DNA of 64,000 nt from Octopus vulgaris (GCA_951406725.2 OX597821.1:31744001-31808000); one strand, 5' to 3'; shown: positions 12,009-25,424, counted from the stretch's first letter. The notes: generated from the letters alone by a model not told the origin. Program-made: numbers and translations.

Positions 12009-13667
12009 ATGTAATTGAAATATTAATACGAAGAATGTGTGTAGGAAACCTGCCGACAATGTTATCGTGCTTGTGTTTGCAAATTGCATGCATGTGAAGG
12101 CAAGAGAGAAATCCTAAAGTTCACGAGGTATGAAATGAAAAAAATAATACTTTCTGCAATAGGTGCAAGGCCTGACATTTTGTGAGGTGAAGATAAGTCG
12201 ATTACCTCGCGCATAGTGGTCGATAGGTACTTGTTTCCACGATGCCGAAACGAGGGAGGGGAAAACCGTGGAAACGGCATGTTAACGATTGTACTAATTG
12301 TCTTGTAACTTGAATTATTCCAGAGTATTACAAAGAAGTATTACAAAGAAACAGTTTTAAAATACATGATTTCATGTTGGCTTCATTTCTTATGCGACTA
12401 CATTCATGAAATACTCATGTGTAATATTTGGGTCTTATGGTTGAGGCACAACATATAATACACAATAGTATTGCATTTGTGAGGTATTTCAGGACACTTA
12501 ATTCTCAGCATATTATTCTCTTCAAACAGATTAAAAGATTTTCGTTTCCTTCAGATCCCACATGGCAGATAAAATTCTAAAGCAAGAAATGAAAAAACAC
12601 GTAGCCATTGCTGCCTTACATTATTTGCATTTTGAGATCCTCTTCATCTATATAGCACTTGGAACTTATACATAGAGATGTTTGCCAAGTTCATCAAGGT
12701 TGATACATGTTGATTACAATAATTGCATATACTTTAAACATTCGACCATCATTGCGTCCTCAGTCTCTGAACTTTGCCATATTTTCTGATCGATTTACCA
12801 TATCTCTAAAGCAAAGCGTTGCTTTCTATATTTATTGACGGGCAAGAAACTTCTATATCCCATTCACAATAACAGCAGCAATCGTGATATGGTGTCCAAA
12901 GTAGTGCATTAAAGGAAACAAAAACGGCATTCGACTAAGGAAGTAATCATAGACTCCATATAAACTCTGGCTGTGTCGATAAGAGCAGAAAAAAATGAAA
13001 CCATGAGAATCGAACTAGTCAGATTGCGATTCTTTCCAAAAGCAAAGTTTGGTGTTGTTATATTCCTGTCAAATATGTGATGGGGGTAATGGATTACTGA
13101 TTGCAAGCATTGCAGTGTTTAGGTTACCTTGGAGCCTTTTATTGCAGTATATATACTTTCCCTTGCACATATACCACGTGGCATGACATTTGTTTAAGAG
13201 CAACAGAAATAATAGTCATTTCTGAAGCTCTTATGCAATAATGCGGCAGCTTTAATGCAATCAGACTCAAAGCCAATAATACAGAAATGTAAACGAAGGA
13301 AAACCGATATCCACATTTCTACAGTTTAATAATGACAGCGGAACAGAAAAAGCATTTTCATTTATATGACAGACTTATGAGAGAAAACCAAAGTAATAAA
13401 AATATTCTTATTGAGTACTGGTTGCCGCAAGTCTATGGAAGACAAAAGGGAAATAGATTCGACAAAGTGCACCAACAGAACCTGGACCATTCTTGATTAT
13501 TTTAGTAATGAACGGTAAAGCTGGAAAAAAATCGATTCTGCCGGGAAGTGAATTCCAGTCAGCTACTCATAAGTAGAAAACGTTGTAATGAATTTAACTG
13601 CATTAATAAAAATAGTGGTGGCAATGGCAATGATGGTGATGTTGATGATGATACTGGTTATGGCATC

Positions 13668-13679
13668 TATGATGATGTA

Positions 13680-13746
<67 letters not shown>
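13668..13746. repeat. (GAT)n microsatellite
   Basis: Direct reading. Confidence 0.95.
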
Positions 13747-13748
<2 letters not shown>

Positions 13749-14249
13749 GCATTCTACTGGATGAAAAAGGTCTGAAATTTTGAGAGAAAGATGTTTGATT
13801 TCATCGAACCCAGTGCTCAGCTGGAATAAATTTAATGAGCTCCAGTAAATGTGGCATCGCAAGACGGATACGATATCAGTTATTGTAGGAAAACTTTGAA
13901 TGAATCAAAAACGGAACTGAAAATTATTTGAGGACGATCCCTGTTTTAATATCCATGCAGAGTTCAAAATAATTTTTTAAGTGTTACGTCACACATACTG
14001 AGAAGAGCATTGTCACTGTGAACTTTCTTTCCTTTTTCCTCCTTTATACTCTCTGTTTTCTTTTTTTTCAATTTTCTTCATTCCTTTTCCTATCCTTCTT
14101 ACTTCCCCCTTTTTATCTAACACATGACTTCGTAAATAAGCAATCTGGTGTGTTTATTTCAATGCCCTACCAATGTATAGAGATATATTATTTGCCCTGT
14201 GTGTCGAGAACACACATCACAAGAAATGGAAACAAAATTGAAAGAAGAG

Positions 14250-14538
<289 letters not shown>

Positions 14539-15245
14539 GGCTGATGAAAGGAACCTTAAAAAAAGAAACCGAAAATACTATACTGGCAGCGCGGAAACAA
14601 GCACTGTCCACGAACTGGAGGTTTAACCTGAGGAGTGAGCAAGTGTCTCCGCTGTGTCACATCTGCAATAGAGTGGATAAAACCGTTGCCCATATCACGA
14701 ACGAATGCCCTAGACTCACCCCAAATTACTACAAGTTTTAGCCACACAACAAGGTCGCGAATGTGCAACATTGGAAACTGTGCGAAAAATTAGGAAGCTA
14801 GAGAGAGGCATGACATGGTATGAGCACAAACCGCAGAGATTTTCTAATTCAGACAGACCAAAACTAGTGGTGGTGGACAAGGCGCACCACATATTCTATA
14901 TAGTTACCGTTGCATACCCCTTTTGACAAATAAAAAGTCAAGAATGATAGATACAACGCTCTTAAGTACGAAATAGCCAGGCTATAGAAAACGAAGAAGG
15001 TAGAAGAAAGAGCCAATTATTGCTGGGTCCTTGGGATCAGTCTCGGGAGAAATGGATTGGAATATAAAGGTAATTGGAATAAAGAGCTCAGGAGAATTGT
15101 TACAAACCGCTTGTCTCATTAGCAGGGCCAGAATAATCAGGAAACTATTAGATAACCAAAAAGAACGAATGGTATCGTATTGTATAGTGCAGGTTGTAAG
15201 CCCGTTACGGATGCAAGACTCCAGAAATTCCAACTCAACCTGAGA
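14539..15245 (+). mobile_element. 5'-truncated R4/Dong-clade retrotransposon inserted in (AAT)n
   Basis: LKKETENTILAARKQALSTN..CHICNRVDKTVAHITNECP (CCHC knuckle)..HNKVA..HWKLC, then RLE remnants. (AAT)n lies on both sides. Confidence 0.85.
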
Positions 15246-15348
15246 TAAAAATAAAATAAATAATGATAATAATGATAATAATAATAATAATTTTTATTGT
15301 TATAAAAACAGCATCGATAATATAATATTACAAAAGCATTTATATATG

Positions 15349-15388
<40 letters not shown>

Positions 15389-15574
15389 GTATTTCTATAA
15401 TCAGTGCAAATAATGAGAAAATATAATGAAGGAAATGAACATATAATATTTTCTAAAACAGGAGAAATAAGCGTTTGTGATGAGAGATATATAACGACTT
15501 TTTGGGGCGTAGTTCTCTCAGTGGATAAAAATATTTTATACACTTTTATATTTTAAACACACACACACACACAC

Positions 15575-15618
<44 letters not shown>

Positions 15619-16684
15619 CTACAGTAACACCCACCCTTAGTGGTTAGCCATATTGAAATGGCAAATATACCTCACATTGTCGTGCAATTACTGTTTATAC
15701 CTCATTCAGAGATTTATTATTGCATACATACATCATTCTGGTAAAAATCAAGTTTATTGAGGACACCAAGAAATTAAACAGTGGAATACCACAAATGTAC
15801 AAAGTGGATTTCTGCTTCATTTTGAGCCTACCTTCTTCCCTATTAGACTTCATAAGCAGCTAATCAGAATATATAGATTGAGTGATGACGCTATAACAAT
15901 GTTAGCCAATGACGTTCTACAAATACAGATATAATTATTTGACTGATGTCAGCAAAAGTTCTAATGAATCCCATATTGTTGATTGAAAACCTGTGAACAT
16001 TACACATGCTAATTGCAGCTTACAAAGACGCGTGTAAACAAGCAGAACTCAGATGAACACTTTAAAGCGAGCTGGATTAGACGGACAGAGCAGAGATGCA
16101 GCAATCAGTGAATAGATTACACCTAATTTAATATTCAGATGACTCTTGTATTTACTATATCCCTCTCTTACTTCTTCCCTCTTTCTCTCTCTCACTCTGC
16201 GTCTCTCTAACGTCACATGTTTGCACAAGTCATAACGAAGTTATAAACACGAGTACAACATTCTCTTACCGACCCATGTCGCAATAGTAATCTTTTACAA
16301 CTATTTAGTCATTTTCTTTTGGAACGGAATGTGTACAAGTTACAATTACTAATTGTTAAAAAGACGACGAACTAAAACGACAGACTGCTCTTACATTTTT
16401 TTATTTGGAACCCTTTCGCCATTTATTAATTTAATCTTATTGCTAGATGTTTTGATGACAAGAAAAGCAGCCGATAATGATTCATGAGTCGTAATGTATA
16501 GTTTCTGAACGACAACCAGAAGACAAGAAAACAGAAATGAAAGTACCGATGCGCAACATTAGCCATATGTCGATAACTTAGAAATGTTTTGACTAGAACG
16601 ACCCAGGACATATTTGATGTAATAACACCACCTGATAGGATGAGTTAAGTCATTTTAAAGACATGTTTTGTGGTACCATGACCC

Positions 16685-16920
16685 ATTTATGTAAGGTGTT
16701 GTTGACTGAGATGAATCCAGATTGGCGGTGGCTTGTATGTTATCCCTTGAAGGAATTTGTTCATGCTTCGTTTGAAGGTGATGCGATCGTTTTCTTGCTT
16801 GATTTGTTTTAGGATAATGTTACATAAACCGGTGCCTGTTGAGAGAAAGAAATTGTATTGCAGCGAATGTATGTGCAGTAGGCCAGAATTGTGTAGGGGG
16901 GTATGCAACATGGTCTCAGG
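16685..16920 (-). mobile_element. CR1-type LINE 3' fragment
   Basis: YNFFLSTGTGLCNIILKQIK..FKRSMNKFLQGITYKPP resembles a CR1 ORF2 C-terminus. Confidence 0.6.
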
Positions 16921-16976
16921 CTTATATTGTCAAGTCAACAAATATTGACGCGTCAACAGATAAAGCAAACTATAGA

Positions 16977-17195
16977 TAAGGCGGGGATTTGGCATAATCG
17001 TTAGCACGCCGGGCGAAATATTTAGCGGCGTCTCGTCCGTCTTTACTTTCTGAATTCAAATTCCACCGAGTCGACTTCGCCTTCTATCCTTTGGGGATCG
17101 ATAAATTCAGTACCAGTGAAACACTGGGGTTGATGTAATCGACTAGTGCCTCCACCCCAAAATTCCAGACCTTGCACCTTTAGACGAAAAGATTA
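16977..17195 (+). mobile_element. tRNA-derived SINE
   Basis: Head taaggcggggatttggcataatcgttagc, B-box-like ttcaaattcc. Homologous to 32441-32655. Confidence 0.85.
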
Positions 17196-18379
17196 TGGGA
17201 ATTCTATTAATATAATCGGGAGGAAGCTGCTAAAATGTACTGGCATCCATTTTTTAAAAGATAAACATTTAGATGAAAGAGAAATATTGCAGGGAACAAC
17301 TTACAAATCATCTGTTTCTTCCCTCAAATTTCCTGAACAACAGAGTTCATTATTCCTACCATTCATATCTTTCAACAAGTTCTACTCTCCTACGTCTAGG
17401 AACTAACTTGTAGATTGTGAAGTATACACTAATGTTCGATCACACGCCTGTACATGTGCACCCACACTGAGCAAAGATTTTCCTTTATTTCTTGACGTGA
17501 CACTATTTGTATTGCAAAACAGAGGTGTTATATTTCAAACGTTGGTCGGTCAACTTTATAATTACTACCTAAATTCAACTGTCTCTGTGATATATCGGAA
17601 AAGTAATCAATATCACATTTTGTAACAAACCACAAGCCAGGAAAGCATTCATTTGATTGAGCTCTTCAGTCAGCACACATGACCCATTAAAACATATTTA
17701 TATATCCTATATACAGCAATCATCTACAAATACCCGGATATCTTAAATTCTTTCTATGGCTGTTTCCTTCTCTCTTAATGTATACTATTCCTCTGCCTCA
17801 ACAAATTATGCTGTCACTTTGTCTTTCATAGAATAAATGACAAAATCATGACATAATTATTAAATGCACATTCCATTTCTATTTTATTACAGAAAAGTGG
17901 GAAGAGCTGCATTTGGAATGATTCCAAACACGTAACTGACATTTAACCCATCTCTTTGAAATGATAATTAGGTTATGCTTTCTCTTTGGAGATTTCTCAA
18001 AAACGAAACTTTTTGTACAGTTTTTTAAAAAATTGCCATGATTAATTACGTCTAATGAATATTTGATTATGCCAATAACTAAATTAATAAATCACATCCG
18101 AATTCATAAATTCAGGTGCCATCAATATACCGACCACTTCAACGTTATTATGATTAAATTATGATTTAAGGTCTGTCCGATTAACATTGACTTGACTTCA
18201 AATATGAATCTCTTCTTATTTTTATGACACTTGCTTTGTTTTCTTAATCTGAAAGTTTTTCCCCATTAATGTTAAGAAATTTTATGAAAAAGATCGAATA
18301 CAATAATTCATATATCTAGTATTATTGTTCAAGTGACTAACATAAATTAGCACAATTTTCTTGGTTAGATTCTTCGCAT

Positions 18380-19014
18380 AACTATATATTCCGTAGTGTT
18401 GATCATTTAACCAAGTTCAACGCGACAGACTGTCGATAAATATATGTAAAGTAAAGCATGCGATATATTTTCTGTATTATATAAGTAGATCTAAACAGCA
18501 GTAAATAAAATACTAAATCTCTACAAAGTTCATGTTATATCCACGAAGGATCTGTGCTCATTCCTGTTGAATGATGCCACTATACACAAATACATACCAT
18601 CCTGTATCCGGAAGAAAGGGCTATTCACAAACAATACTGAATTTCATTGGTATGTATTTTTGCTATTTCCAATGTTATAACAACGGCTTCAGGAGTTCAT
18701 AGCTACTTAGTCTCGTCGCCTACTCAAGTATTTTCAATTCATTCATCGCAACTCCAATTAATCGTGTCAAGTATGTTCCTTCCGGAACATCTGCCTTCAG
18801 AAACACAATCCATGCATGTCACTTAGAAAGCTGTTGAATTGCAAATAGCGAATGGAAATTTAAGATCACAGTTTCAAAAGCTTTCGAAAGTTGTAGGCAA
18901 TGCAACTTCCACAATACCAAAATAATAAAGCTTATATTTCAACAAATATTGTCTTTCAGTAATAGTAACTTTGATACCACCACTTTTGCTTCCACGGCAT
19001 TCGATTACGACCAT
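18380..19014 (-). pseudogene. Possible degraded Polinton/Maverick-like minor capsid (penton) gene
   Basis: ATG at 19014. Collinear motifs YYFGIVEVALPTTF, KADVPEGTYLTRLIGVAMN and WYVFVYSGIIQQE*AQILR, interrupted by stops and frameshifts. Confidence 0.4.
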
Positions 19015-19183
19015 GGGAACTTAATTATAAAATTCCAAGTGCAGCGCATTATTTTGTCTGGTGTATTTCGTCTGTTAACTTTTCCACCTGTTTGAATCAG
19101 TATCTTTTATGCGAGGATATGACCCGAATGTATCCCATGTAGTCACATTCGGTTATTCCACATATCCTTCTTATATTCGCATA

Positions 19184-19219
<36 letters not shown>

Positions 19220-19312
19220 GACGTACATACACAACCCATCTGCACGCACATACGCATATGTATATATGTTTATATTTATATCTATATATCTCTCACTCTG
19301 TACGTATGTATG

Positions 19313-19355
<43 letters not shown>

Positions 19356-19619
19356 ATGTGTGCGTGTGTGTGTGTGTGTATCCTTTTTTCTCTCCTTTTG
19401 ACATTAAGACACGCACCCCAACAGGGGCCTTAACTGTCACATTTCAGAGCTCCATGACCTTCATTTTTCAGGAGCAAAATCCCATTAGCAGGTACAATAA
19501 GACTGGAACTTTGGAATATGCGCATAAAAATCAGTAGTATGGGATACATGTGACACGATTACAACTTTTTAGGGTGTGTAAAGAGGGAAATAACCCTCAT
19601 AACATAGATATTCCAGTTC

Positions 19620-19693
19620 ATTAGAGAAAATATAACAGAAAAGTCAAATTCTTCAATTGCATGTAACATGGGCAACGCCGGGTATCTCTACTA

Positions 19694-19694
<1 letters not shown>
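19620..19694 (+). mobile_element. Helitron-like 3' terminus
   Basis: gggcaacgccgggtatctctaCTAG followed by T. Same terminal motif as the reverse complement of 60064-60090. Confidence 0.55.
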
Positions 19695-19734
<40 letters not shown>

Positions 19735-19801
19735 GAGAGAGAGAGAGAGAGAGAGATGTAAATGAAGTACAAAGAAAGGGTAAATAGAAATAGGCACAGA
19801 A

Positions 19802-19909
19802 CCAGTTTGAATTCTACAAATTGTTTCGGAGTCTAATTTATTCGAAAAAAAAAACGAAACACTCTTCATAAAATACAAACTAGACTTTTCGGCAGGAATT
19901 ACATACTGG
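19802..19909 (-). ncRNA. Degenerate type I hammerhead (A6 changed to C)
   Basis: Minus strand: ccagu..AAUUC-CUGCCGA-aaAGUCUAGUUU...AAAUUAGACUcc-GAAA-CAAUUUG-UA-GAAUU..acugg. Confidence 0.55.
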
Positions 19910-20299
19910 TATGAATAATTACGAGCAAAACATATATACAGAGACCTTTCTTAACGCAGACGGGAACGAATAAATGATAACTGAAGGAAATATACCAAAA
20001 TACGCTAGATATTCAAAACCATACAAAATATATATTAAATTATATGTACAGAAAACCACTCCACCGATTTATTAACCTTATAATCCATGTCATGTAGATC
20101 CCTAGAAAAGACAAACAAATTTAATGAAACAAAAAATTAACCACAAAATTAATAGATTTATATAATCAAAGATTAAGAATTAATCACTAGAAACAGATAT
20201 ATTGTCGACTAAAAAGTAATAAGTGACCTAATTCGAATTTAATAATATGGCAATATCAAACGAAATTGAAAATGAAAACGAAAAAGCAAATCATTGTTT

Positions 20300-20471
20300 A
20301 GGCGTAGGAGTGGCTGTGTGGTAAGTAGCTTGATTACCAACCACATGGTTCCGGGTTCAGTCCCACTGCGTAGAACCTTGGGCAAGTGTCTTCTTCTATA
20401 GCCTCGGGCCAACTAAAGCCTTCTGAGTGGATTTAGTAGACGGAAACTAAAAGAAGCCCGTCATATATGTG

Positions 20472-20553
<82 letters not shown>

Positions 20554-20717
20554 TGTGTGTGCGTTTGTCCCCATCAATATCATTTGACAACGGATGCTGG
20601 TGTATTTATGTCCCTGCAACTTAGCGGTTCAGGAAAAGAGACCGATACAATAAGTACTAATGTCGGTGCTCCAGCATGGTCGCAGTCAAATGACTGAAAC
20701 TAGTAAAAGAGTAAGAG
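20300..20717 (+). mobile_element. tRNA-headed CORE-type SINE with internal microsatellite
   Basis: A-box tggctgtgtggtaag, B-box ggttcagtccc, CORE-like accttgggcaagt, tail gtaaaagag. Multiple copies in this window. Confidence 0.9.
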
Positions 20718-21539
20718 TGTAAAGTATAACAGAGAAAGGAAATAAGTAGTATCATGAACGGAGAGCAGACGAAATAGAAATACAGTGAAGGAAAATAGGA
20801 GAGAGTAGTAGCCATTGCTGAACGATTGAGAGCAAAAGTAATAACCGTTTAAAAAAAAAGAGCGAGGGGTGTATCTTTTGTTCACAACATATGAGTGAGA
20901 AAGGAAGGGGCGAACAAAGTAAAAAACAGCCATTCAAGTCTACGTGAGTATATGTGTATATATGTGTGTATGAAAAAAGAGGGATATGAATGTTTGTGCG
21001 TGTATGCGTGTGTGTGTGTGTGTGTGTGTATGTGTGAATTTGTGAGTATGTGCGTGCGTAATAGCAACGTCTCCATGCGTGCCTAATGGAAAAGTGCCAT
21101 TCTGAAAATAAAAGCAGACATCATTCCAATTCTGTTTGCGTATGTGTATACATGTGTGTGCTTGGAAAATATGTGAATGCTTGTATCTGTGATTATTCTG
21201 TACTTCATATTGTACCTTGTTTAAATATCAATTAGCCATCAATTAGAAACGGTACAGAGTCAGCTAAGTAATATATAGAGAAATATCAAAACAGTAGCAA
21301 GATAATTAAGTGAATTAAATGTACAAATCCACTCTCCCAAAACCATAGATGATCCAAAATTAAATTACTTATAATATCATAAATATAAAATTAAGAATTT
21401 AAAATGCTTTTAAATTGTAAATTTTTAAAAAAATTAATTTCAAAAAAAATTTATAAACTTGAGTGGTAATTACAAAGGGTGAAAGCGAAATGATCACTCT
21501 TTCAAGCACAACTAAATAATCAAATAAAACACCTATAAT

Positions 21540-22430
21540 AAACAACCTTAATTGTGATTTTTAAACACAAATTTGTTCTTATGAGTTCAGATAAAAACAC
21601 ATTTCAAGTTTAGAGCTTCGAATAAATAGAACGAAACTTATTACCAATGTTTTAAGCCGACACTGTTCCCAAAATGCTCAGTTCAAAAAAGGGCGTTTTC
21701 TTATTATTTTTAAGATTCCAGATTAAATTAGTAGAAGCCCTATTTCTGTTTCTAAAGGAATGGTAATGATTCGAAACTCTGTTCTTAATATACTTAGCAG
21801 AAGAACCAATATAAAAGTAGCCATTACCTTCGAACATACCTTTAGCTTGATAGCCGACTTCCCTAGATTTACAAAGAATACCAAATAAACAATTTTCTTT
21901 CTTTCTACAATCACAAAGGGAATTCTCGCCCCTATTTGCAACTTCAAGAATTGAATTATCATTAAGTGAAAGACTATTACCTCCCCTTTTATTGAAACTC
22001 ATATTAGAAATTGAATTCAAACCATCGCTGGCAAACTGGCTATTTGGAATATCATTAACATTGGTTCTCATGGAATCAGTCTCGCTATTATTAACCAAGT
22101 TATCTCGAAGATAAAAAGTGGATAATATCTTTTCCTAAATAATCTGAGAGATTATTCCGAGAGACCGAAAAAGCAACCTTAATGAATCTCAAATTCAAAA
22201 TCTCATGATATCTACATTTTTTATTGGAGTGTTTTCAAAACGAGTTGTACACCGCCCCAACTAAGTTAATTTTTATTTGACTGGCATAGGCAATATCATA
22301 CTAAATAATGTTATTCTTGTCCAAAACTAAATTAGAAAGACCTAAATTATTTACCTTATACACCACCTTAAAATAATAACCTTTTATTACATCATTATAT
22401 TTATATTTCCATGTAAAAACCACTATCCGA
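21540..22430 (-). mobile_element. Penelope-like element fragment (linker plus GIY-YIG endonuclease), pseudogenised
   Basis: ORF 21652-22098: CDCRKKENC..C..VGYQAK..FYIGSS..KNRVSNHYHSF..STNLIWNLK. Confidence 0.85.
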
Positions 22431-22511
22431 ACGTGGTCGATGCCATCCAGCTGTAGAAACGTTGCCAGATCAGATTGGCTTTCCATCAAGCAAACCGCCC
22501 ATCCTATGCCA

Positions 22512-22587
<76 letters not shown>

Positions 22588-22639
22588 GTATGTATGTATG
22601 TATGTTTGTATTCATACATGCTTATCTATGTATGTATTA

Positions 22640-23000
22640 GGCGTGGGAGTGGCTTACTCACCACCCACATGGTTCAGGGTTCAGTCCCTCTGCGTGGCAC
22701 CTTGGGCAAGTGTCTTAAACTATGGCCTCGGGCAGACCAAAGCATTGTGAGGGGATATGGTATAGGAAAACTGAAAGAAACCCATCCTGTATGTGTGTGT
22801 GTTTGTTCCCACAACATCGGTTACAACCGATGCTTGTGTGTTTACGTCCCCATAAGCTAGCGGTTCGCTAAAATAACCGATAGAACAAGTACTAGACTTA
22901 GAGATAATACATTCTAGCGTCGATTTGCTCGACTAAAATCGGTGCTCTAGCATGCCAGTAGTCAAATGGGTAAAACAATAAAAAAATAAAAGTAAGAGTA
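22640..23000 (+). mobile_element. tRNA/CORE SINE copy
   Basis: Homologous to 20300-20717. Confidence 0.85.
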
Positions 23001-23100
23001 CATATATATATGTGTGTGTGTAGGCATATACGTATATATATATATGTATATATTCATATCTGTCTATCTACTCTCTCTCTCTATATATATATATACATAT

Positions 23101-23166
<66 letters not shown>

Positions 23167-23195
23167 GTAATATGTGACAATAATTCGTTAGCCAT

Positions 23196-23256
23196 GATAA
23201 AATTCCGAGTTTCGGATGCCGAGGTGGAAATCCACGCCGCCATCTCTTCAGTTATC
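23196..23256 (-). ncRNA. Type I hammerhead ribozyme (slightly diverged)
   Basis: Minus strand: GAUAA-CUGAAGA-gauggcggcgugga uuu ccaccucggcaucc-GAAA-cucggaa-UU-UUAUC. Confidence 0.65.
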
Positions 23257-23282
23257 CGGCCATCGGAAAAATGGTATGGTTT

Positions 23283-23337
23283 TAACAAAACTGTCCGATG
23301 AACGGGAACATGAAACTCCGAGTAACAGCTTTTGTTA
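23283..23337 (+). ncRNA. Type I hammerhead (U4 changed to C, weak stem II)
   Basis: UAACAAAACUGU-CCGAUGA-acgggaacau-GAAA-CUCCGAG-UA-ACAGcUUUUGUUA, with a 12-bp stem I. Confidence 0.6.
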
Positions 23338-23432
23338 TGTTTCTACTGCTTTTAAATAAATCATATTACTCTAACTCTGGTATTTGAGTAATCTGTTTTC
23401 TACCTTCTTTCACATTTATGTGCTTACTCCGG

Positions 23433-23503
<71 letters not shown>

Positions 23504-23588
23504 TAAACATACATATAAGCATAACTATATATTTATATACATACATACATACATACATACATAAATACATACATACATACATACATAA

Positions 23589-23648
<60 letters not shown>

Positions 23649-23650
<2 letters not shown>

Positions 23651-23756
23651 TCGAGACGTAAAAGACTTTGTCTATTCCTGCGCGCTATACTAATACATTT
23701 GCTTGTTTGAACTCCAACTGCCTTCGTCTTTTGTTTATTTTCGTAAATTTCCCCTT
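23649..23756 (+). mobile_element. Truncated copy of the hammerhead-like element at 35638-35830
   Basis: gctcgagacgtaaaagact...tatactaatacat...ttttcgtaaa aligns to the reverse complement of 35638-35750. Flanked by (TA)n. Confidence 0.7.
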
Positions 23757-23804
23757 TATATATATATATATATATACATATACCTATATATATACATATT
23801 TGTA

Positions 23805-25422
23805 CTGGCTGTGTAACGTATTTGAGGAAAGGTATATGTTTATATATAAAAACAGAGGTATAATAGATAATAACTTTATTCATCAAAAAATGTCATGGGG
23901 ATAAAAATAAAGCTTCTTTTCTGCTTCTATATGAGATCTAAATCATGTACATGGCCGAATCAAGTTGTTCCTGTTCGTTTTAGACATTATTCTGACTATG
24001 GCAGCTGTCAAAATATCTTTGGTGTTATGGGCATTTTCATTTACTTTTCTCTCAACAACGCTCCATACGTAAAGAGTCCAGAAGCTTTCTACCCGCACGG
24101 TTCTTGGTCTCAAGCATTTGTCTTATGAAGAAAGGCTGAAGACGCTCGACCTTTATTCTCTCGAGAAACGACGACGCCGTGGTGATCTCATTCTCGCTCA
24201 CAACATAATATGCGGAAAGATAACATCTCGACAGAGCTGTTCTTCACTCCTGCTTCAGAGCGTGGGCTGCGGGGTCACTCTGAAAAGCTGTATCTACGAC
24301 GATTTCATCTCAATCGAAGGCGAGCGGCTTTCTCCGTCCGGGTTGCGGATCCGTGGAATAAGATGCCGGACGAGATAGTGAAGATACCGACGACCGCTCG
24401 GTTCAAGTTCTCTCTTGACCAGAAATGGCCTGAACTTTGTGTATGAATACCCTCCCATGTCCCCCTGGCCTTGCTTTTGCTTTTTGAGCAAAAAAAAATA
24501 AATTAAATTATGTCCAATTAATTGAGATCTGGGGAATTAGGAGTACATTTGTTAGGGGTCATGTGATCATGAAAAGTTTCAGCCACCCATTCCTGTGTTA
24601 CTAGAGTCATATGTGATAGTGCAGAGTATTACTGAAACACCTATGATTTTCCTTTGCATACATTGTCTATCCAGGCCTTAACAATAATTTTCAGCATCTC
24701 AATGTTGACGGTAGAGTTAACTCTAAGACCTTGTGGAAAGATTTAAGGAGAGATCACATGTCCATCATTGCTCACAAACCATAAAACCATGACGGTTTTA
24801 TGCCTAAGACTTGGAACTTCACAAAGGTCTGCACATAACCATCTGTCATTTCTTCTGCTAACTTTTCGATCTTTTTTTACGGTTTCCTTGTTTGACAAAA
24901 ACCGAATCAAATCTTCTGCTGGATTTTTCGATTTGTTTAAAAACATCTATACCTTACGTAGTGATTTTCGTTTACTTTTTCTCGCAAGTTGACCTTTACT
25001 CATCCTATAAGTCTTATATCTAACTGTCACTCCTGACACTTGGGGAAATTTTGCAATCGGTCTCATATGCTTTCTGAAATTGCAATCAATGTTCTGTTGA
25101 ACATGCGGGATAAATTCAGATGTACTTTTGTTTTCAGAGTGTTTAGAATCATTTTTACGTTTTGATACTGATGTTACGATTCCATCTTTAGTCTATAGTT
25201 TCTTACAAAATTTGCAGACGAAAGATCTGGAAACTTTTAAAACCTAGATATTATTAAGTCGCTATACCCAGCCTTTATAACCGCAACAACAGCATGCCCC
25301 TTCATATCTTGAGTAAACTGAGGGCCTGTCATTTTTATTTTCTGAAACAATGATTATACAGGGTTAGCAAATATGCAGCAATGGCACAAAAGTATATGTC
25401 CTCAGATATCTTACGCACCCTG
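23805..25422 (-). mobile_element. Near full-length degraded maT (DD37D-type) transposon interrupted by a CR1
   Basis: RNDRWLC..TVMVLWFVSNDGHV..FPQGLRVNS..VFQ..TQEWV..PNSPDLN*LD / YVWSVVERKVN. Imperfect TIRs ta-ctggctgtgtaacgtatttgagg and cctcagatatcttacgcaccctg-ta. Confidence 0.8.
24072..24510 (+). mobile_element. CR1 LINE 3' end with A-rich tail
   Basis: LSYEERLKTLDLYSLEKRRRRGDLI..LRGHSEKL..RRAAFSVRVADPWNKMP..FKFSLD. Confidence 0.9.
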
Positions 25423-25424
25423 TA

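Larger units (their letters stand above)
23161..23436. mobile_element. Compact element between (TA)n tracts carrying two divergent hammerheads
   Basis: Minus-strand hammerhead at 23196-23256, plus-strand hammerhead at 23283-23337. (TA)n on both sides. Confidence 0.7.

Noticed and set aside
20300-20375. tRNA genes at SINE heads (also 16977, 32441, 46650, 57380)
   Set aside because: A/B boxes are present but there is no full cloverleaf, and each runs into a SINE body.
21230-21510. Possible hammerhead downstream of the Penelope GIY-YIG ORF
   Set aside because: Only a hairpin and a GAAAC..GTC remnant are present; the core cannot be recovered.
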